From the human T2T-CHM13v2.0 reference genome, Homo sapiens, in assembly GCF_009914755.1 (NCBI RefSeq), contig NC_060947.1: a stretch of DNA of 64,000 nt; one strand, given 5' to 3'. The notes beneath the pieces were generated by a model. The model ran no database searches. It had not been told where the DNA came from and was given only the letters and a program-made list of their open reading frames with translations. The position numbers and the translations under genes were made by a program. Position 1 is the stretch's first letter, and each line of letters starts with the position of its first letter. Below, piece by piece: positions 57,175 to 64,000 of the stretch.

Positions 57175-58339
57175 TTAATGAAATATTAGCTGAAGGTCTT
57201 CCAAAACTGATGAAAGAACATATTAGTCAGAGTCTCTGTAGGAAGCAGATGAAACTCCCAAAATATTAATTCAGGGAGGATTTATTTACAATGCTGTGTG
57301 CTGGGATGGTGGATATAGCAGATCTATAAGGAATAGGTTCAGGAATCCAGTATAGCCTATCACTTTTCTCCATCAATATCCATCCACTTGCCCAGCTACA
57401 GAGGCAAGGACTATAGCAACTATTCTGTGTTACTTCATCCCCTCTCCCTTTTACCTCCACTGATCATAGCTAATGTTTTTGATTGCAGGTGGTTGTGTGA
57501 CCAACTTAAATGCTATAATAGATGATGCACCTCCTCTATATGTCAAGCAGCACATTTTGTGCTCTACATCTACTATATTTCCAGGGACTCTGTGATTACA
57601 GTTCCAATTAATGTCAACAATGTCATGGATCAATGTGATGTGGTACAGCTCTAAGATATGAGGGACTCCCTTAAATCTGACGTGGAGGTCTTCTAGTTTT
57701 TTATTATTATTATTTATTTATTTTTTAGATCTAGTCCTGAATCCAGACTTTCTAGTTTTTTAATTCATGTTCTTCATTTCATATTTATAACTCTTATATT
57801 TTCCCTATCTGTACTTTCTAAAGCTATAATAAAGCACCAGGTGACTCCACAATCTTTATAAGAAACTTTGTTGCTATAGAGATTAAGCGCTACAGCCACT
57901 TGACCTCCAGTGCCTTGCCCTCTACCTGCATCACATCCTCTGATGATAAAGTGAGTAATCATTATGCCACATCGTGGTCATGAATTACATATGCCCTATT
58001 TCTTCCCAGTAAGAAGATTATCCGTGTGCTCCTTTAAGTATATGAACAACCAATTCTCAGAATTTCATTTTGAGTATGTGTGTATATAAAGAGATTTATT
58101 TTAAGATATTTAAGAGTCACTTATAGTTTCCTTTTTTTGAACTGTTTCTTCCTATCCCTTTCCCATTTTCATACTTGTTGATTTGTGAGAACTTTTTATA
58201 AATAACAAATTATCCTTGTGTTTGTGATGAGTTACACATTCTTTCTCCCAGTTTTTTTCCTCTTTTTATTTTGCTTAAGATAATTGTTGCCATACACACT
58301 TTTAAAATATGAATATCATTAATTTTATCAAAAAATACT

Positions 58340-58740
58340 TATTCTAAGTAATTGGCTGACACAATTGTAGAAGCTTGGCAAGTCCATAATCTGATGAGGT
58401 AGACCAAACAGGCTGGAGGCTCAGGAAAGGGTTACAGTTAGAATCCAGATGCAGCCCGATACAGAACAAGGAAGTACCAATGTTACAGATAAAGTCTGAA
58501 GACTATCTGCTGAAGAATTCCCTTTTGCTCTGGGGAGGTCAGCCTTCCGTTCTAGTCAGGCCTTCAACTGATTAGATAAGGCTCACCCACATTATGGAAG
58601 GCAATCTGCTTTACTGAAAGTCTGGTGATTTAAATGTAAACTCAACCAAAACATCCTCACAGAAACATCCACAATAATGTTTGACCAAATATCTGGGCAT
58701 TGTGGCCCAGCCAAGTTGACACAAAAAATTAACCATCACA
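58340..58740. mobile_element. MLT2 (ERVL) LTR
   Basis: ggccttcaactgattagataaggctcacccacatt...ccaagttgacacaaaaaattaaccatcaca. Confidence 0.8.
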
Positions 58741-59569
58741 TGCTACTTCTGGTACCAGTTACTGTATCAATCAAGTTGCCAAGAAGAAGCAGATGGCACA
58801 CTAAAGTTGGCATAAATTGAAGAGTGCTCATTTACAAAGATGTGGGCAGGTGAACTAATGGCAAGTGATAGTGAAAGAACATGGGGCTAACAACAGTGAA
58901 ATTGTCACTACTCCTAAGCTGTGAAGTTTGAGGGGAAAGAGGATTAAACAGTCATGTTGACAAGGCCACTTTAAGAGGAAAAATGATCTTTTGTCAAGGG
59001 ATATAACAAGCCCGAGGTGGCCTCCACAAAGGGAACTCGGGGAATAATTATCCTGACCCTTTCTCCTTCCCTCTGATCTCTTATTGCTGTTTCTCATTAG
59101 CTGAACCCAACTGGAAACTAGAGGGCATAGGAACGACTGTAATCCATATAGGTCAGTTTCCCAAAGCACGAAGGAGTGTGGACTGTGTATGGGGAGAGAC
59201 AAACAGAATACTTAGCATAGATCTTAAGCCACAGGTCCAAGAATCCCTATGATCCCCAAGCAAAATGAATAAAAACTGTATTTTTGCACCTCACAATAAA
59301 ATGGCTGAAAACCAAAGGAAAGAGAAAAATTGTAAAGTATCACTGCCTCACCCAAAAAGACAAATTACCTTCAAAAGTGAGACAAGAAGATTCAAATCTG
59401 ACTTCTCATAGAAACAGTGGAAACTCAAAGACAATGTATTTTTAAATTGATATCCAGTAATTGTACAGATTTATGGGGTGCACAGTGACATTTTGAGAAA
59501 TGCATAAAGTGTGTCATGATCAAATCAGGAGATTTAGGATGTCCATCACCTTGCACATTTATCTTCTCA

Positions 59570-61345
<1,776 letters not shown>

Positions 61346-61508
61346 ATCTTCAGGGCTTTCTAGATATAAGATCATGTCATCTTCAGAGAGGAACAATTTG
61401 ACTTCTTCTTTTCCAATTTGGATGCCTTTTGTTCCTTTATCTTGCCTAATTGCTCTGGCTAGGACTTTCAGTAATATGTTGAATAGGAGTGGTGAAAGTG
61501 GGCATCCT
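61346..61508 (-). mobile_element. L1 ORF2 fragment (RT region)
   Basis: Reverse strand translates [10 protein letters not shown] (L1 FADDMIVYLENP-like). Confidence 0.8.
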
Positions 61509-61509
61509 A

Positions 61510-62680
61510 GACAATGTATTTTGACACCTTCAAAACACTGAAAGAAAATACTCTGAACTTAGAATGTCTATACAGCAAAAAACCCTTCAAAAATAAAGAC
61601 GAAATAACAAAAATTTAGGCAAATATAAATGAAATTAGAAATTAGTTACCAGCAGTACATTCCAAGAAATACAAAAATTTATACTTTTGGCAAAATACAA
61701 ACTAATTTTAGATAGAAGTTTGGGTGATGTAGGAAGAAATGAAGAGTAATTACAGGGCTACATTTAATGATTATGAACTCTATAAAACAATGATAATAAT
61801 ATCTGTGGAGTTTAAAGTATATGCCAAATTCAAATACAGGATAACAGTAGCATATAAATTGAGAGGAGGCTAAATTGAGTTAAAGTGTTCAAATGTCCTT
61901 TTATTGTTCAAGAAATGGGTAAGGTATCAAGTAATATTATACTTTGATAAATCAAGAATGCATTTTTGTATAGAGTAAAATGCACAAAATGAAAAATTTT
62001 TTTTCAGTGTATAATTACCAAGCTAACAGAGTAGAGAAATAGAATTTTAACAATACTCAGTTAACCCAAAAGAAGGCAAAGAAGGAGAGAAAAAAAGAAC
62101 ATAGTAAAAGCGAGATAAATATGTAAAAATAATAAAATGATAGATTTAACTCCAAATATATCTGATTTATAATAAATATAAGTAGATCATACATTCCACT
62201 TAAATAACCAAGGACAGAACAAAACACACTCCACCTATATGCTGATTATAAAAGTCACATAAAAATATCAAGGATGCAGAAAAATTTAAAGTAAAAGGAT
62301 GCAAAATGAAACATTATTTAATGCTGGCATATATGTTTTAATAGCAGATAAAGTAGGTTTTAAGGCAAAAGACATTACTAGAGGAAAAGAGACACGTTTC
62401 ATAATGGTAAGAGTCAATTCACTGGGTGGACAAAAGAGTCCAAAGTGTTATGCACTTAAATATGGGAAATAAAAATGAATACAGTTAAAAGATGAAAAAG
62501 ATAAATTCACAGTTGTATGGAAGATTTTAATGCTCCTCTCAATAGATGACAGAATAAGCTAGCAAAAAGTACATTAGAAAAGATAAAGGAAATGTGAGCA
62601 ATATGATTAACACATTTTATAATTGATGTGTGTAGAACTCTGAATACAACAACTGCAGAACAATTCTTTTGATGTACAAA
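61510..62680 (+). mobile_element. Old L1M remnants
   Basis: A-rich; ...agataaagtaggttttaaggcaaaagacattactagag...ttcataatggtaag resembles the L1 endonuclease region. Confidence 0.6.
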
Positions 62681-63884
62681 AAGTACTTTAAGTGAAATAT
62701 ATTATCTTGCTTGAGGAATTTAATCATTACTTTTATGAATAATGATTGTAATATGGTGATAGATAATTTGTCTATTTGTTTTGTAGCTAGCAGTCCTTCA
62801 ATTTCAAACCATAGAGAAACATATACTCCCATAAGAAAACGTTCCGGGAATTGGAAAGTATTTATTTTGCTTCAAAACGATTCATCTTTGAGAACCAGAG
62901 TTTATTGATCGAGTTACAAAGTACCATTTTGGGAGTGAAAAACTTTGTGGATTTGAATAAGATACTTAAGATCAGTTATTAATGTTGTCACTAGTAGGCC
63001 ATGATATAAGTGTTCATAGAACTCTGTAATTTAAAATGCAAACTCTGCTTCCCTACAGGCTCTGTTGTAGGCAACTTCTTCTATCATTCTTTTGTTTCTA
63101 GTATGTAAGGCACTGTAGTCAAGACTCACACGTAGTACTATTTCAAAGCCTTTGTAATATCTGGTCCCAGTATGGCAAAATGAGTTTTATTTCATAGTAC
63201 AAGCCATTATTACAAAAGAAAATTGCAAGGTAATACATTTTTTTAATTACCAGAACTAATTATCAAAAATAGAACACTAATTTTTAAATTACCTTACTTA
63301 GGATGAATATAGATCTACAATGGGGCAGGGAATAGAAGATATAAATGGAGCGGGAAGTTACTGTGCTGAGATATCCTTTCTTTCATTTCCAAGGAATTGA
63401 TCACTAATGTAGATATTTGAGGAGAAATGTATTGACAATGAGGATTGCTATGCTGTAATACTAGTCTTTGGAGAATTGAAAGGAATAGGATTTTAACACT
63501 GGCTGCAAATCAGAAGCACAGGATGAGGTGTTAAAAAAATTTTTGTGCTAGACCCCACCCCCTTGAGATTCTGATTTAATTGTTCTGGAATCAAAACTGG
63601 CATCAGTAGTTTTTCAGAAGCTTCCCCAGGTGGGTGATTATGACATGTAGTCAGTCAGGGTTGAGAACCCTTGGTGCAAAATCTTTTCTTCCCCTTCAGA
63701 TGTCATTACAACAAGGTAAATTCACTTTTGCTGGACAGGCTTAAACATAGTTCTGCTGGATGTTAGAACAATACATTCTGCTACTTCTTGGGAATGTTTT
63801 TGTGTCCTATGGGTTTGTCATTTATTCATTCATTCATTCAACAAAGGTTTACTTAGCACTCTCTATTGCCAAACATTGTGTTAG

Positions 63885-64000
63885 AGAGGTAGTCCTTAAC
63901 CAGGGCAGGTTTTTACCATTGCCCCCACCTCCACCCCAGGGAGATTTGGCAATGCCTGGAGACATTTTGATTGTCATAAGCAGGGTGAGACCTACTGGCT
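63885..64000. mobile_element. MER20-like fragment
   Basis: ccaggggagatttggcaatgcctggagacattttgattgtca-type sequence at the window end. Confidence 0.6.

Overview
Human-type X-linked genomic DNA (Xp21.1/p11.4 by gene identity). The + strand carries the 3' half of CYBB (gp91phox/NOX2): coding exons 7-13 at 2528-14490 and a ~2.5 kb 3'UTR ending near 17035. The - strand carries the complete 5-exon DYNLT3 gene (116 aa, CDS 51093->44158) with a CpG-island promoter at ~50.6-51.3 kb. The two genes are convergent and ~25 kb apart. The rest is transposon-derived (about 15 Alus, L1/L2/MIR, MaLR/ERV LTRs, DNA transposons) plus microsatellites. I see no convincing new protein-coding system. Best leads: an in-frame alternative first exon/donor inside DYNLT3 intron 1, a CCAAT-rich MER51 solo LTR pointing at the DYNLT3 promoter, a strong CTCF motif between the genes, a fragmented Charlie8-like hAT fossil with a readable transposase motif, an Alu/L1 chimera, close inverted Alus, and several local duplications. 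Repeat subfamily names are from memory of consensus sequences and their boundaries are approximate.
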